A stretch of 64,000 nucleotides of DNA. Source: a virus. The notes under the pieces were generated by a model that was not told the origin of the DNA, did not search any database, and saw only the letters and a program-made list of their open reading frames with translations. Location: the IMG/VR virus record IMGVR_UViG_3300042914_002167. One strand, written 5' to 3'. The first letter of the stretch is position 1. Each line of letters starts with the position of its first letter. This document shows, piece by piece, positions 19,059 to 28,865 of this stretch. Position numbers and translations under genes: made by a program.

Positions 19059-20126
19059 ATGTCACTAGCAAACAAATTTGGAATTCCACAGGGTCTTCTG
19101 GACGCATCAAAAGCAGCCTTGGATGAAGCGAATGAGTATCAGAAGAAAGTTCAAGCACACATGGCAAAAAAAGGCATCAAGTCAATGAGCGATATGACTG
19201 CTGACCAGAAGAAGAAGTTCTTCAATGAACTAGATGCCATGCACACAGCAAAGCATGAAGAAGTTGAATCTGTCGAAGAGGAACTAAAGGGCGATATGCA
19301 CCCAGGAGCAAAAAAGGTTCTAAAGCACATCAAGCCAGAGCATCAAGACAAGTACAAGCCTTACCTAAAGAAGGGCGTATACAGGGGCGACTATAAGGAT
19401 CGTGCTGCTGTATTGAGTGCCGCTGAGAGAGCGAAGCATACCAATGAAGAGTATTTTGCCGAGGAAGAAGAACTTGAAGAATTGGCAATCTCACCTGCCG
19501 CAAGAAGAGATGCTTACGAAAGACAAGCGGATTATCATCGCTCGCGTGATGAAGATGATGTTTCACCAAGCGCAGATTTGCACAAGCACAAGTTGAAGAC
19601 TCTACATCGCGCACACGAACTCCATTCAATGCATCAAGGTACTGCCGACACTAGCAATAAAGATGAAAAGTCTGACTTCCATAATGCGACAAAAACAATG
19701 CGCAGAATTGAAAAGCATGTTGCTGCAAAGTACGGTAAAAAAGAAGCGGGTAGACTACAAAGAGGAGACTATAGAGAAGAAGTCTCTCTAGATGACTTTT
19801 CCCCTAAAGACATTGAATCCTTCATGCAGACTGAAGACTACAATCAATTGGATGAGTTGAGCAAGAACACACTAGCGAGTTACATCAAAAAGCGCAGTCA
19901 TGATGTTGCTGCAATGGGCGCAGTCACACGCAAACACGCTATGGACTCTGAGGCTGCTAGAAAAGATCAGAACTACTCCCAAGCAAAAAAGAGTAACGAC
20001 AAATCAAACAGAGCCTTCATGAAGGGTTGGAAGCACCGTGAAAATATCGGTAAGGCTGTAGACAAACTGACCAAAGAAGAGTTTGAATTCATTGAGTCTT
20101 TGAACGCAGGAACTGCTAAGGAATAA
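19059..20126 (+). CDS. Modular basic/acidic protein, probable internal head polyprotein
   Basis: Basic modules separated by VEE/LEE/LDE linkers; LDELSKNTLASYIKK. Confidence 0.6.
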   Translation: MSLANKFGIPQGLLDASKAALDEANEYQKKVQAHMAKKGIKSMSDMTADQKKKFFNELDAMHTAKHEEVESVEEELKGDMHPGAKKVLKHIKPEHQDKYKPYLKKGVYRGDYKDRAAVLSAAERAKHTNEEYFAEEEELEELAISPAARRDAYERQADYHRSRDEDDVSPSADLHKHKLKTLHRAHELHSMHQGTADTSNKDEKSDFHNATKTMRRIEKHVAAKYGKKEAGRLQRGDYREEVSLDDFSPKDIESFMQTEDYNQLDELSKNTLASYIKKRSHDVAAMGAVTRKHAMDSEAARKDQNYSQAKKSNDKSNRAFMKGWKHRENIGKAVDKLTKEEFEFIESLNAGTAKE

Positions 20127-20129
20127 AAC

Positions 20130-21923
20130 ATGAAAACGATAAAGGAACTTCTTGGGCTGTCAGAAGCCAAAAAGAAAAATATGAAGGGTGAAGACCCTTG
20201 CTGGGACAACTACGAAATGGTCGGCACAAAGAAGAAGAACGGCAAAGAAGTTCCTAATTGTGTGCCAAAGAATGAAGAACTTGAACTTGAAGAAGGTTCA
20301 ATGGCAAGTCAATGGAAGTCTGGTGCAAAGTCTATCAAGAAAGGTTCCGTAGAACTTGTTCGTGGGCAAGGCGTTCATACAATCAAGAAAGACGGAAAAG
20401 AGATTGGTGACTTTTCTCTTGACGACGATGCTGGCAATTGGGTTATCAACTGGAACAAGAAGAAGCCTGGGCGCGGGCAAGGTGTTCATGATCATATTGA
20501 CGACATCGTAGATGCTGCATTGAAAGAAGAAGTTGAAATCTACGAAGCCAAAGTCGGAGACACAGTTTCTTTCCATCACGAATTGAAAGCTGCGCCTGGC
20601 ACTAAGATGAAGAAGAGTGGAACTGTAGAGAAGGTTCGGGGCGACGATGTTCTTGTGAAAGTCAAGGACAGATATGGCGTCAAGCGCCATCAAGTCAAGA
20701 TGAGTGATCTTGTCAAAGAGAACTTTGGCGCAGACTTCCTAGCTATGGCAAGACAGAAGAATCCAAATGCGCGCCTAGTTACTCCTGAGCAGAAGAAAAA
20801 AGAAGCTGAAGAGTTGGCAAAGAAGAGGGCTGGGCTAAAGCCAACACATGCTGCTCCTACAGGCAACTCTCGCCCATTGGGTGGATACGATCCTAAGTCT
20901 AATCGTTCATACTCAGAAGAAGTTGAGAGTGTGGCGGAAGCAAGTCCAAAAGACAAAATTAAAGACGATGACAAACCATTCAATTACGCCGACTGGGCCA
21001 AGAGTGGCAAAAAACCTCGCGCACTACCAGGTTGGGGTCCTAAGGGTTTTAGCACCCGGCTGTTCAAAGATGACCCTAAAGGCAAGAAAGATAAAGACCA
21101 AGGTGTGACGGAAGGAGTAGAACAAGTTGACGAACTAAACAAAGACACTGTTTACTCATACAACAAGAAGTCAACAGCAGAGACAGAAAAACTCCACAAG
21201 AAACTCGGCGAATTCATTCGTAGCAACAAACCATCAGAGGCTAACAAAACTGCACACAAGTTGAACAAGAGAGTTGCTGGGCAAGAACGCGCAGATGCTA
21301 GAATGAACACTGAAGAAACTGTAGTTGAAGAAGCACCTTCAATTCATGTGAGAACGTCATACACTCAAGCTTACGCAAAGCATCATAAGACTGGAAAGAA
21401 ACCTTCCGAAGCCGTCGCAGCAGCCTATGAAGATGTTGCGAAGAAACATGGCTATGACATGGTAAAAAAACTAAAAGCACACCATGCAGCAAATGAGCAA
21501 GTTGAGACTGCTGCACAAGTGGTAAAGCACTTTGAGAAGGGGCAATCTACTCCTTCTGGTGTGCCTAAGTGGGTCGCAGAGCCACTAAAGAAAAAAAAGA
21601 AAGTGCAAGAAGCGGGTGATCCAGAAATGATGGGTGGTGCGGTTAGTAGACCGACTGCTTCAGGAAACAATCCAAAACTTGCAGACAAGTTCATGAAGGC
21701 TTTCAAAAAGATGAAGTCTCCAGCCAATATTTCATGTAAGACAGTTGGCATGACTTCTACATGTGAAGACACTGAGCAAGAATTCAATAATATGTTCACC
21801 GAAGCAATGAAGAAAAAGCCAGAACCAAATTCTAAACAGAATTTGAAGAAAGGTGAAAAACTGAGCGGAAAGCAAGAGCCTATAACAATTTCTCCAGAGA
21901 TTGAGAAAAAAGGCGTTGCATAA
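20130..21923 (+). CDS. Modular protein, probable internal head polyprotein
   Basis: MKTIKELLGLSEA; EDPCWDNYEMVGTKKKNGKEVPNCVP; VDELNKDTVYSYNKK; repeated xxE^A/E junctions. Confidence 0.6.
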   Translation: MKTIKELLGLSEAKKKNMKGEDPCWDNYEMVGTKKKNGKEVPNCVPKNEELELEEGSMASQWKSGAKSIKKGSVELVRGQGVHTIKKDGKEIGDFSLDDDAGNWVINWNKKKPGRGQGVHDHIDDIVDAALKEEVEIYEAKVGDTVSFHHELKAAPGTKMKKSGTVEKVRGDDVLVKVKDRYGVKRHQVKMSDLVKENFGADFLAMARQKNPNARLVTPEQKKKEAEELAKKRAGLKPTHAAPTGNSRPLGGYDPKSNRSYSEEVESVAEASPKDKIKDDDKPFNYADWAKSGKKPRALPGWGPKGFSTRLFKDDPKGKKDKDQGVTEGVEQVDELNKDTVYSYNKKSTAETEKLHKKLGEFIRSNKPSEANKTAHKLNKRVAGQERADARMNTEETVVEEAPSIHVRTSYTQAYAKHHKTGKKPSEAVAAAYEDVAKKHGYDMVKKLKAHHAANEQVETAAQVVKHFEKGQSTPSGVPKWVAEPLKKKKKVQEAGDPEMMGGAVSRPTASGNNPKLADKFMKAFKKMKSPANISCKTVGMTSTCEDTEQEFNNMFTEAMKKKPEPNSKQNLKKGEKLSGKQEPITISPEIEKKGVA

Positions 21924-21978
21924 ATAGAACGAACCATTTCTCATCTTACAAAAGAGATAACATAAAGGAGAACACACC

Positions 21979-22452
21979 ATGGCACTATGGGGTAAAAGAG
22001 ATGCATTTGCAGTTACTGGAACTGTAAGCGTAGTAAACACATCAGTTACTGTCACAGGATCAGGAACTTCATTTCTGACTGAATTAGAAAACGGAGAAAG
22101 TCTTTTCGTCGATGCGTCAAACACTCATGTTAAGATTATTGATATTGCAAATAACACATCATTGACTATTGGTCCAGCATGGGCTACTGCTAATGCAACT
22201 GGCGCTGCGATCTTTGGTCAAGATTCACCTAAGTATGTACCGTCATCAGAAATCGCAAACATCATCGGCGTTGACACTACAGAAGCCGGAGTTGCTGCTA
22301 ACGCGGCACGAGGCTTGAACAATGCTGGATGGAACAAGTATGTTACATACACAGACATGCACGGTAGAACACGCTACAAAGTAGAAAATCTTGTCGCGAT
22401 GAGTAGCATCACAGCAGATGCACCTGATGATTCCGTCGCAGCAGATTCTTGA
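21979..22452 (+). CDS. Virion structural protein
   Basis: MALWG start, VTGSGTSF, GWNKY...ENLVAM; CATAAATA upstream. Confidence 0.6.
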   Translation: MALWGKRDAFAVTGTVSVVNTSVTVTGSGTSFLTELENGESLFVDASNTHVKIIDIANNTSLTIGPAWATANATGAAIFGQDSPKYVPSSEIANIIGVDTTEAGVAANAARGLNNAGWNKYVTYTDMHGRTRYKVENLVAMSSITADAPDDSVAADS

Positions 22453-22526
22453 TGATATAAATTGGTCTGAGTCCCAGTAGTAGCATTCCCATTAAGTTGG
22501 GTTTATAGGATTGTAAAGGAATAAAA

Positions 22527-22940
22527 ATGGCAGATAAAAAAATCACACAGTTGCCTGTTGCGACAACCGCAGCAAACACTGATCTTCTACTGATTGTAAA
22601 TGATCCAGTTGGTTCACCGGTCAATAAAAAAATTGAGATTGGTGATCTTTTCGGAGAAACTGCGCAAACTGTTGTTACAACATTAGACCTCAGAGCATCG
22701 TCTAATGCAACTATTGGTGGTTCTTTTGTTAAAGTTACGCCCACTAACACATTTGAAGTTGCTGGCCTAGCCGATTTCAATCACAATAGAATCCGTATTA
22801 GAACATCATCAACTCCGGCAAACTCAAACAACACTCTTGTTGGTTGGCCTATTGGCACTATTGCATGGGATGTTAACTACCTCTACATAGCAGTGTCATC
22901 ATCACAAATAGCGAGAATTGCAGCGAACACTTCTTGGTAA
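22527..22940 (+). CDS. Virion structural/fiber-associated protein
   Basis: MADKKITQLP start; GTIAWDVNYLYIA motif. Confidence 0.55.
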   Translation: MADKKITQLPVATTAANTDLLLIVNDPVGSPVNKKIEIGDLFGETAQTVVTTLDLRASSNATIGGSFVKVTPTNTFEVAGLADFNHNRIRIRTSSTPANSNNTLVGWPIGTIAWDVNYLYIAVSSSQIARIAANTSW

Positions 22941-22942
22941 TA

Positions 22943-23299
22943 ATGACACTATTTGATGATGATAATTTTGAGGAATACGCAGTTAGTAATTACAAAAATT
23001 CTAACTGCGTTTCTTTGTTGGAGTTTTTAGATGATCTAAAAACTTTCAAGTACATCAAGAGACTGATAAATAAGTATAATGAAAAGGGTGATTTGAAATC
23101 GCGATTGATTTTGAATCACATCATATGCTTATCAAATGTATTTGGTGTAGAAGCAACAGTCAACATGCTAATGTATAAAATTGAAAAAACAGATCATGAT
23201 GTATTGAATGCATTCTTATTGTATTTGAATTATGTTGATGTTAACTCTATTGATGTGTTGGACCTAAATCTCTATCAAACACTGAAGAAGACAATCTAA
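22943..23299 (+). CDS. Conserved T4-like hypothetical protein
   Basis: EFLDDLKTFKYIKRL...RLILNHII...NVFG. Confidence 0.7.
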   Translation: MTLFDDDNFEEYAVSNYKNSNCVSLLEFLDDLKTFKYIKRLINKYNEKGDLKSRLILNHIICLSNVFGVEATVNMLMYKIEKTDHDVLNAFLLYLNYVDVNSIDVLDLNLYQTLKKTI

Positions 23300-24345
23300 T
23301 GAAAATTATAGACCTCTATCTTGTATACAGAATACTTAGAAAATTGACAACTCCGTTCAAGGAGTGGGACGCATTCAAGTATGGTATCATTGATGATGAG
23401 GGAAACATCACAAAGAAACCTCAAGACAGAAAAACTCCAGAAGAGAAAGACTCCTTTACTCTGTTTGATGTTCTAATTTTAAGATTGAAAAGATTGCTTG
23501 AGAAGTTACCTTTTGGCAAAACAAGACTTGCTTCATATGCAGCAGCACTGTTTCTCATAAGAGAGCAATCAAATCTAGATGAGACTAATGTTGAAGAGTT
23601 GTTTGAAAGATTTTACCATGATCATGAGTCTGAGTTTCTATCTGAAGAGATTGCGAACAATGTTGGCGGTGGAAACATAGCAGGAACTACAGGTGATCCT
23701 CCAAAAGGGTCAAAGACGATGTTGCGTAGATTTGCAAACAACGATGTCTTTGTTGTTGATCAAGATCGCTACTTGAAAGCAAGACTTGGTAAGCGCAAGT
23801 ATCTGAAGTATGAGAACTATGTGGGCAACGATGAAGTTGGAGAAGATATTCGTCAGTATGGCAGAAAGTATCCCAACAAGCCCATCATTCTTCAATGTGA
23901 AAGAACTGGAGCAATGACATTTCTTCGCTACGGAAAGAGTGGCATGTTCAAAGAGTCTTTGGATGCAACCAAGTCACCTAAGTATGTCACAGACAAAGAC
24001 CTGAAAGAAGTTGAGCGTTATGCAGATTCGTTGTTCAAAGCAGTTGGCGTAGACATTCAGTTCACAAAACACTTCGTTGAACGAGTCAACGACGAAAGAA
24101 ACATCAAGCAAATCACTGTTGATGAGTTGAGTGAATTGTTCAGAAAGACATTCAAGATGTATGGTACAAGAATTCCAAAATTAGGTAAAGATGCAGAGGC
24201 TGTGCTGAACGATATGAAAACAAACATCAATCTTCCGTTCGTTCTGAAGTGGGATGACAAGTCGCAAGAACTTGATCTTGTCGCTAAGACTGTCATGCGC
24301 AAAAAGAACTTCATGACGCCAAACAAGAAACTTGTGGTGCAGTAA
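23299..24345 (+). CDS. Multi-module protein upstream of spanins/primase
   Basis: LTTPFKEWDAFKYGIID domain; SEEIANNVGGGNIAG; C-terminal FTKHFVERVNDERN domain. Confidence 0.65.
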   Translation: MKIIDLYLVYRILRKLTTPFKEWDAFKYGIIDDEGNITKKPQDRKTPEEKDSFTLFDVLILRLKRLLEKLPFGKTRLASYAAALFLIREQSNLDETNVEELFERFYHDHESEFLSEEIANNVGGGNIAGTTGDPPKGSKTMLRRFANNDVFVVDQDRYLKARLGKRKYLKYENYVGNDEVGEDIRQYGRKYPNKPIILQCERTGAMTFLRYGKSGMFKESLDATKSPKYVTDKDLKEVERYADSLFKAVGVDIQFTKHFVERVNDERNIKQITVDELSELFRKTFKMYGTRIPKLGKDAEAVLNDMKTNINLPFVLKWDDKSQELDLVAKTVMRKKNFMTPNKKLVVQ

Positions 24346-24746
24346 TGCCAATCACTTTGTTGTGGAAACTCGCTCCTGCAATAGGAGCATTATTATTGAT
24401 TGCATTATCTTTCATCGCCGGCGTTAGATACAATGAAGCTGATCATGTAAGAGAACAAGCAAATTTGGCTCTTCAAGCACAAAAAGATTTGCAATCTGAG
24501 ATTGACAGAAAGCATCAACTTGCGTTAGAATATGAGAAGAAACTTCAAGACATGGCTGGCAAGGTACGCACCATCGTCAAGACTGTTGAGAAAGAAGTAG
24601 AGAAGCCAATCTACAAAGAGTGTGTTCTGCCAGTCACCGGTGTTGCTACGATCAACAACGCAGCGAAGACACTCAATGAAACTAGAGAAATGGACTCTGT
24701 GAACAGAACTATTGAGAAGTTAAACAAAGAGCGAGATAAGAAATGA
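24345..24746 (+). CDS. Inner-membrane spanin (Rz-like)
   Basis: N-terminal TM, coiled coil, single Cys near C-terminus. Confidence 0.75.
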   Translation: MPITLLWKLAPAIGALLLIALSFIAGVRYNEADHVREQANLALQAQKDLQSEIDRKHQLALEYEKKLQDMAGKVRTIVKTVEKEVEKPIYKECVLPVTGVATINNAAKTLNETREMDSVNRTIEKLNKERDKK

Positions 24747-24994
24747 AGACACTTTTGATCGTTCTTGTTTCTACTCTACTTGTGGGTTGCCAAACTATAC
24801 CACCAAAAACTGAAGTTCCTGTTCCAGCGAATCTTCTGACTAAATGCGAACTCATTCCGAACATCAAAGACAAAGCAAACATGGGTGACTTAATGACATA
24901 TGCCATTGATTTGATGCGTCAATACAACGAATGCGCAGTTCGGCATGACGGATTGGTGGAAGCAGTCACAAAGTCATCAAAAAAGAAAGATTGA
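24743..24994 (+). CDS. Outer-membrane spanin lipoprotein (Rz1-like)
   Basis: Lipobox LLVG-C; PVPANLLTKC...YNECAVRH. Confidence 0.8.
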   Translation: MKTLLIVLVSTLLVGCQTIPPKTEVPVPANLLTKCELIPNIKDKANMGDLMTYAIDLMRQYNECAVRHDGLVEAVTKSSKKKD

Positions 24995-25058
24995 CATCTG
25001 ATCATTTGTTCGCTATAATAGACAAAACATAGTCTTTTGTCTAGAATGGTATACATTT

Positions 25059-26087
25059 ATGAGCATGTGGCTTGATCACAAGTACATCGGCACTTTATCA
25101 ACACGATTAGAAAAGTTCACTCGCAAGGGTGACTATCTATACAACTTCCGCTGCCCAATTTGCGGCGACAGTCAAACAAACAAGAACAAGGCTAGAGGTT
25201 ATACTTTTGCACAAAAAGGCGGCATGTTCTATAAGTGCCACAATTGTCAAGCAAGCATGACACTAGGAAGTCTTATTCGTTCGGTTGATCCAAATCTATA
25301 TAAAGAGTATTGTCTTGAGCGATACAAGTCCGGCGAGACTGGGCGCAAAGCACACAAAGAACACAACTTCGTTTTCAAGCCAGTCGTGTTTGAGTCTTCT
25401 AGAAAAGATAATGCAATGAGAGGTATTGTTGTGCCTCTTGAGAGACTGCCAAAAGATCATGCTGCTGTCAAGTATGTTACAGATAGGAAGATACCAAAAG
25501 ACAAGTTTGATCGGCTATACTTTGTTGATGACTCTACGAAGATGAGGGAGTTTGCTCCTGGATACGAAGAGAAGATTGTTGGCAATGAACCGCGATTGAT
25601 TCTTCCGTTCTTTGATGAAGAAGATAATCTCGTTGGGCTATCTGGTCGTGCAATTACAGATCATAAAATTCGTTATCTGACAATGCGTATCATTGAAGAT
25701 GCTCCGATGATCTTTGGATTGAACACCGTAGACAAGAGCAAGACAATTCTTGTGACAGAGGGTCCTATCGACAGTCTGTTTCTTCCCAACGCAGTCGCAT
25801 CTGGCAACGCAAATCTAAAGTCTGTTGGTGACTATTTGCCGAAAGATAAATTGGTACTCATCTATGACAATGAACCTCGCAACAAAGAAGTGATGCGAGA
25901 GATGAAACGTGCGGTTGAAGAAGGATTTTCTGTCTGCATCTGGCCAGATGATATGAAGGAAAAAGATATCAACGATATGATCCGAGTGTCGAATCTGAGC
26001 GTGGACGAAGTGATCGATGTCATAAATAAAAACACATTTTCTGGTCCTACAGCATTATTGAAATTTAACTCATGGAGAATTGCATGA
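25059..26087 (+). CDS. gp61: DNA primase
   Basis: FRCPICGDS...KCHNC zinc finger; TEGPIDSLF; YDNEPRN; KDIND. Confidence 0.95.
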   Translation: MSMWLDHKYIGTLSTRLEKFTRKGDYLYNFRCPICGDSQTNKNKARGYTFAQKGGMFYKCHNCQASMTLGSLIRSVDPNLYKEYCLERYKSGETGRKAHKEHNFVFKPVVFESSRKDNAMRGIVVPLERLPKDHAAVKYVTDRKIPKDKFDRLYFVDDSTKMREFAPGYEEKIVGNEPRLILPFFDEEDNLVGLSGRAITDHKIRYLTMRIIEDAPMIFGLNTVDKSKTILVTEGPIDSLFLPNAVASGNANLKSVGDYLPKDKLVLIYDNEPRNKEVMREMKRAVEEGFSVCIWPDDMKEKDINDMIRVSNLSVDEVIDVINKNTFSGPTALLKFNSWRIA

Positions 26088-26743
26088 AAGTGAAGCTAGT
26101 AAATTATTCCCAATCAAGTTTTGATATGGGCAAGATGAATCTGTTAGAGCAAATTGCATACGCAGCAAGAGTCTCTAATCCTCAGAATCAAAACAACAGC
26201 GAAACGGCTGAAAAGCTGGTTCGGTATTTGATCAAACATCAGCATTGGAGCCCTCTAGAAATGGTCAGTGTGTGTCTAGAGATTGACACAACTCGCGACA
26301 TTGCGCGACAGATTCTACGACATCGTTCTTTTTCTTTCCAAGAATTTAGTCAGCGGTATGCTGACCCAACAAAGGGATTGAGTTTTGAAGTCCGGGATGC
26401 TAGACTTCAAGACACGAAGAATCGACAGAACAGTATTGATACAGATGATGCGCTTTTACAGAAGAGATGGATTGAAAAGCAACAGTATTTGATCCAGACA
26501 TCAAAAGATGCATATGAATGGGCAATTCAACATGGCATTGCAAAAGAACAAGCCAGAGCAGTTCTGCCGGAAGGTAACACTCAGTCACGACTTTTCATGA
26601 ATGGAACATTGAGGTCCTGGGTACACTACATACAACTCCGGTCAGCAAATGGGACACAAAAAGAACATAGAGAAGTAGCCATTGCTTGCGCTAAAGCAAT
26701 TGAACCTGTTTTTCCAATGATCAAAGAGTTTATTACAGAATAA
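26084..26743 (+). CDS. thyX: Flavin-dependent thymidylate synthase
   Basis: HWSPLE; RQILRHRSFSFQEFSQRY. Confidence 0.95.
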   Translation: MKVKLVNYSQSSFDMGKMNLLEQIAYAARVSNPQNQNNSETAEKLVRYLIKHQHWSPLEMVSVCLEIDTTRDIARQILRHRSFSFQEFSQRYADPTKGLSFEVRDARLQDTKNRQNSIDTDDALLQKRWIEKQQYLIQTSKDAYEWAIQHGIAKEQARAVLPEGNTQSRLFMNGTLRSWVHYIQLRSANGTQKEHREVAIACAKAIEPVFPMIKEFITE

Positions 26744-26765
26744 CAACAATAGAGGCAAATGGCAC

Positions 26766-28580
26766 ATGACATCTGATGACACGGTACACAGTATCAAAGT
26801 AGACTACACAAGAGATTCATTGTTTGATGAACTGGGGCTCAAGAGGTTGAAAGAGTCCTACATGAAAGAAGAAGAACAATCACCTCAGGAAAGATTTGCG
26901 TATGTTTCAAAAGCATTTGGTACGAATCAAGAACACGCTCAAAGACTGTATGAGTACAGCAGCAAGCATTGGCTATCATATTCTACTCCAATTCTGTCTT
27001 TTGGTAGGAGTAAGCGTGGGCTTCCTATTTCTTGTTTCTTGCCATACCTGCACGATAGCGCAGAGGGCTTGGTGGAAACTCTTTCTGAGGTAAACTGGCT
27101 TTCAATGCTCGGAGGCGGAGTTGGAATTGGACTGGGAATTCGTGCTGCTGACGATAAGTCCGTTGGCATCATGCCTCACCTTAGGACTTATGATGCGTCG
27201 AGCCTCGCATATCGTCAAGGTCGTACTCGTCGTGGCTCTTATGCCGCTTATCTTGATATCAACCATCCAGATATTCTTCTATTTCTTGAAATGAGAAAGC
27301 CTACGGGCGATCCCAACATGAGAGCATTGAATCTGCATCATGGCATCAACATCACAGATGACTTCATGCGAATCATTGAGAAGTGCATGATTGATCCTTT
27401 GGCGAACGATGATTGGGAATTGATTGATCCTGCATCAAAAGAAGTCAAAGAAGTTGTGTCAGCCCGTGATCTTTGGCAGCGCATTCTTGAAACTCGCATG
27501 TTGACTGGTGAGCCATACATTCACTTCATCGACACTAGCAACAATGCAATGCCTCAATTCCAAAAAGACTTGGGTTTGTCTATCAAGCAAAGCAATCTAT
27601 GCAGCGAGATCATTCTGCCTACAGATAAAGATCGCACTGCTGTATGTTGTCTCTCTTCTGTGAACTTGGAGTATTATGATGATTGGAAGAACGATCCACT
27701 ATTTCTTTCAGACATGGCAGAGATGCTTGATAACGTGCTACAGTATTTCATTGACAATGCTCCTGATAGCATTCATCGCGCCAAATACTCTGCTATTAGG
27801 GAGCGGTCTATTGGCATTGGTGCTCTTGGGTTTCATGCATTTCTACAACGCAATAACATTCCATGGGAAAGCCCCATGGCAGTTGGTAGAAACATCAACA
27901 TGTTCAAGCACATCAGAAAGCAACTTGACGAAGCTAACCTACGCCTCGGAAAAGCTAGGGGTGAGGCTCTTGATGCTGTGGGTACTGGTCGTAGGTTCAG
28001 TCATCTTATGGCTATCGCTCCCAACGCTTCATCTTCCATTCTCATGGGAAACACTTCTCCTAGCATTGAACCTTACCGCGCAAATGCTTACAGACAAGAC
28101 ACACTTTCTGGTTCTCACTTGAATAAGAATCGATATCTTGATAAAGTAATCAGAAAACATCTGTCACTAAAAGATGGAATGGATTCTGGAAAATATGCTG
28201 ATATTTGGTCTTCAATTATTGCGAATGATGGCTCCGTACAGCATCTGGAATGGATGGATGAGTGGACTAGAGATGTGTTCAAGACATCCATGGAGATTGA
28301 TCAACGCTGGGTCATTCAACATGCGGCTGATAGACAGCAGTTCATTGACCAAGCGCAGTCATTGAATCTATTCTTCCGACCAGATGTGAACGTCAAGTAT
28401 CTTCATGCGATTCACTTCCTTGCATGGAAACTTGGATTGAAGACTCTGTACTACTGCCGTTCTGAGAAGATTGGCAAAGCAGACAAAGTGTCTAAGAGTA
28501 TTGAACGTAAAGTCATTGAGGAGTTAGACTTGAAAGCATTGGCGATGGCAGATGATGTTTGTCAGGCTTGTGAAGGGTAG
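26766..28580 (+). CDS. nrdA: Ribonucleotide reductase alpha subunit (class I, no ATP cone evident)
   Basis: PISCF, SNLCSEI, AIAPNASSS, KTLYY, C-terminal CQACEG. Confidence 0.95.
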   Translation: MTSDDTVHSIKVDYTRDSLFDELGLKRLKESYMKEEEQSPQERFAYVSKAFGTNQEHAQRLYEYSSKHWLSYSTPILSFGRSKRGLPISCFLPYLHDSAEGLVETLSEVNWLSMLGGGVGIGLGIRAADDKSVGIMPHLRTYDASSLAYRQGRTRRGSYAAYLDINHPDILLFLEMRKPTGDPNMRALNLHHGINITDDFMRIIEKCMIDPLANDDWELIDPASKEVKEVVSARDLWQRILETRMLTGEPYIHFIDTSNNAMPQFQKDLGLSIKQSNLCSEIILPTDKDRTAVCCLSSVNLEYYDDWKNDPLFLSDMAEMLDNVLQYFIDNAPDSIHRAKYSAIRERSIGIGALGFHAFLQRNNIPWESPMAVGRNINMFKHIRKQLDEANLRLGKARGEALDAVGTGRRFSHLMAIAPNASSSILMGNTSPSIEPYRANAYRQDTLSGSHLNKNRYLDKVIRKHLSLKDGMDSGKYADIWSSIIANDGSVQHLEWMDEWTRDVFKTSMEIDQRWVIQHAADRQQFIDQAQSLNLFFRPDVNVKYLHAIHFLAWKLGLKTLYYCRSEKIGKADKVSKSIERKVIEELDLKALAMADDVCQACEG

Positions 28581-28583
28581 AAC

Positions 28584-28865
28584 ATGAACAGTATCGTTGA
28601 ATTGGTCCTGTTGATTCTAGGATTCATCATCGCAAAGCAAATAGAGAAGAACATGCCAGATGTTGGCGAGAAGAACGTCACAGAGAAATCTAGCGATAAA
28701 CCTCTCGTCAACATCTATGTTGAGCAATTCAAAGACATCTACTATGCATGGGAAGACGACAAGAAGTTTCTATTTCAGCATGAAGATGCTAACGAAATGG
28801 CAAGAATGTTGTTGAGGAAGTATCCAGGGCACAAACTAAAGATAAACGAGAAAGTGATAGCATGA
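28584..28865 (+). CDS. Hypothetical protein with N-terminal TM
   Basis: ORF between nrdA and nrdB. Confidence 0.55.
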   Translation: MNSIVELVLLILGFIIAKQIEKNMPDVGEKNVTEKSSDKPLVNIYVEQFKDIYYAWEDDKKFLFQHEDANEMARMLLRKYPGHKLKINEKVIA

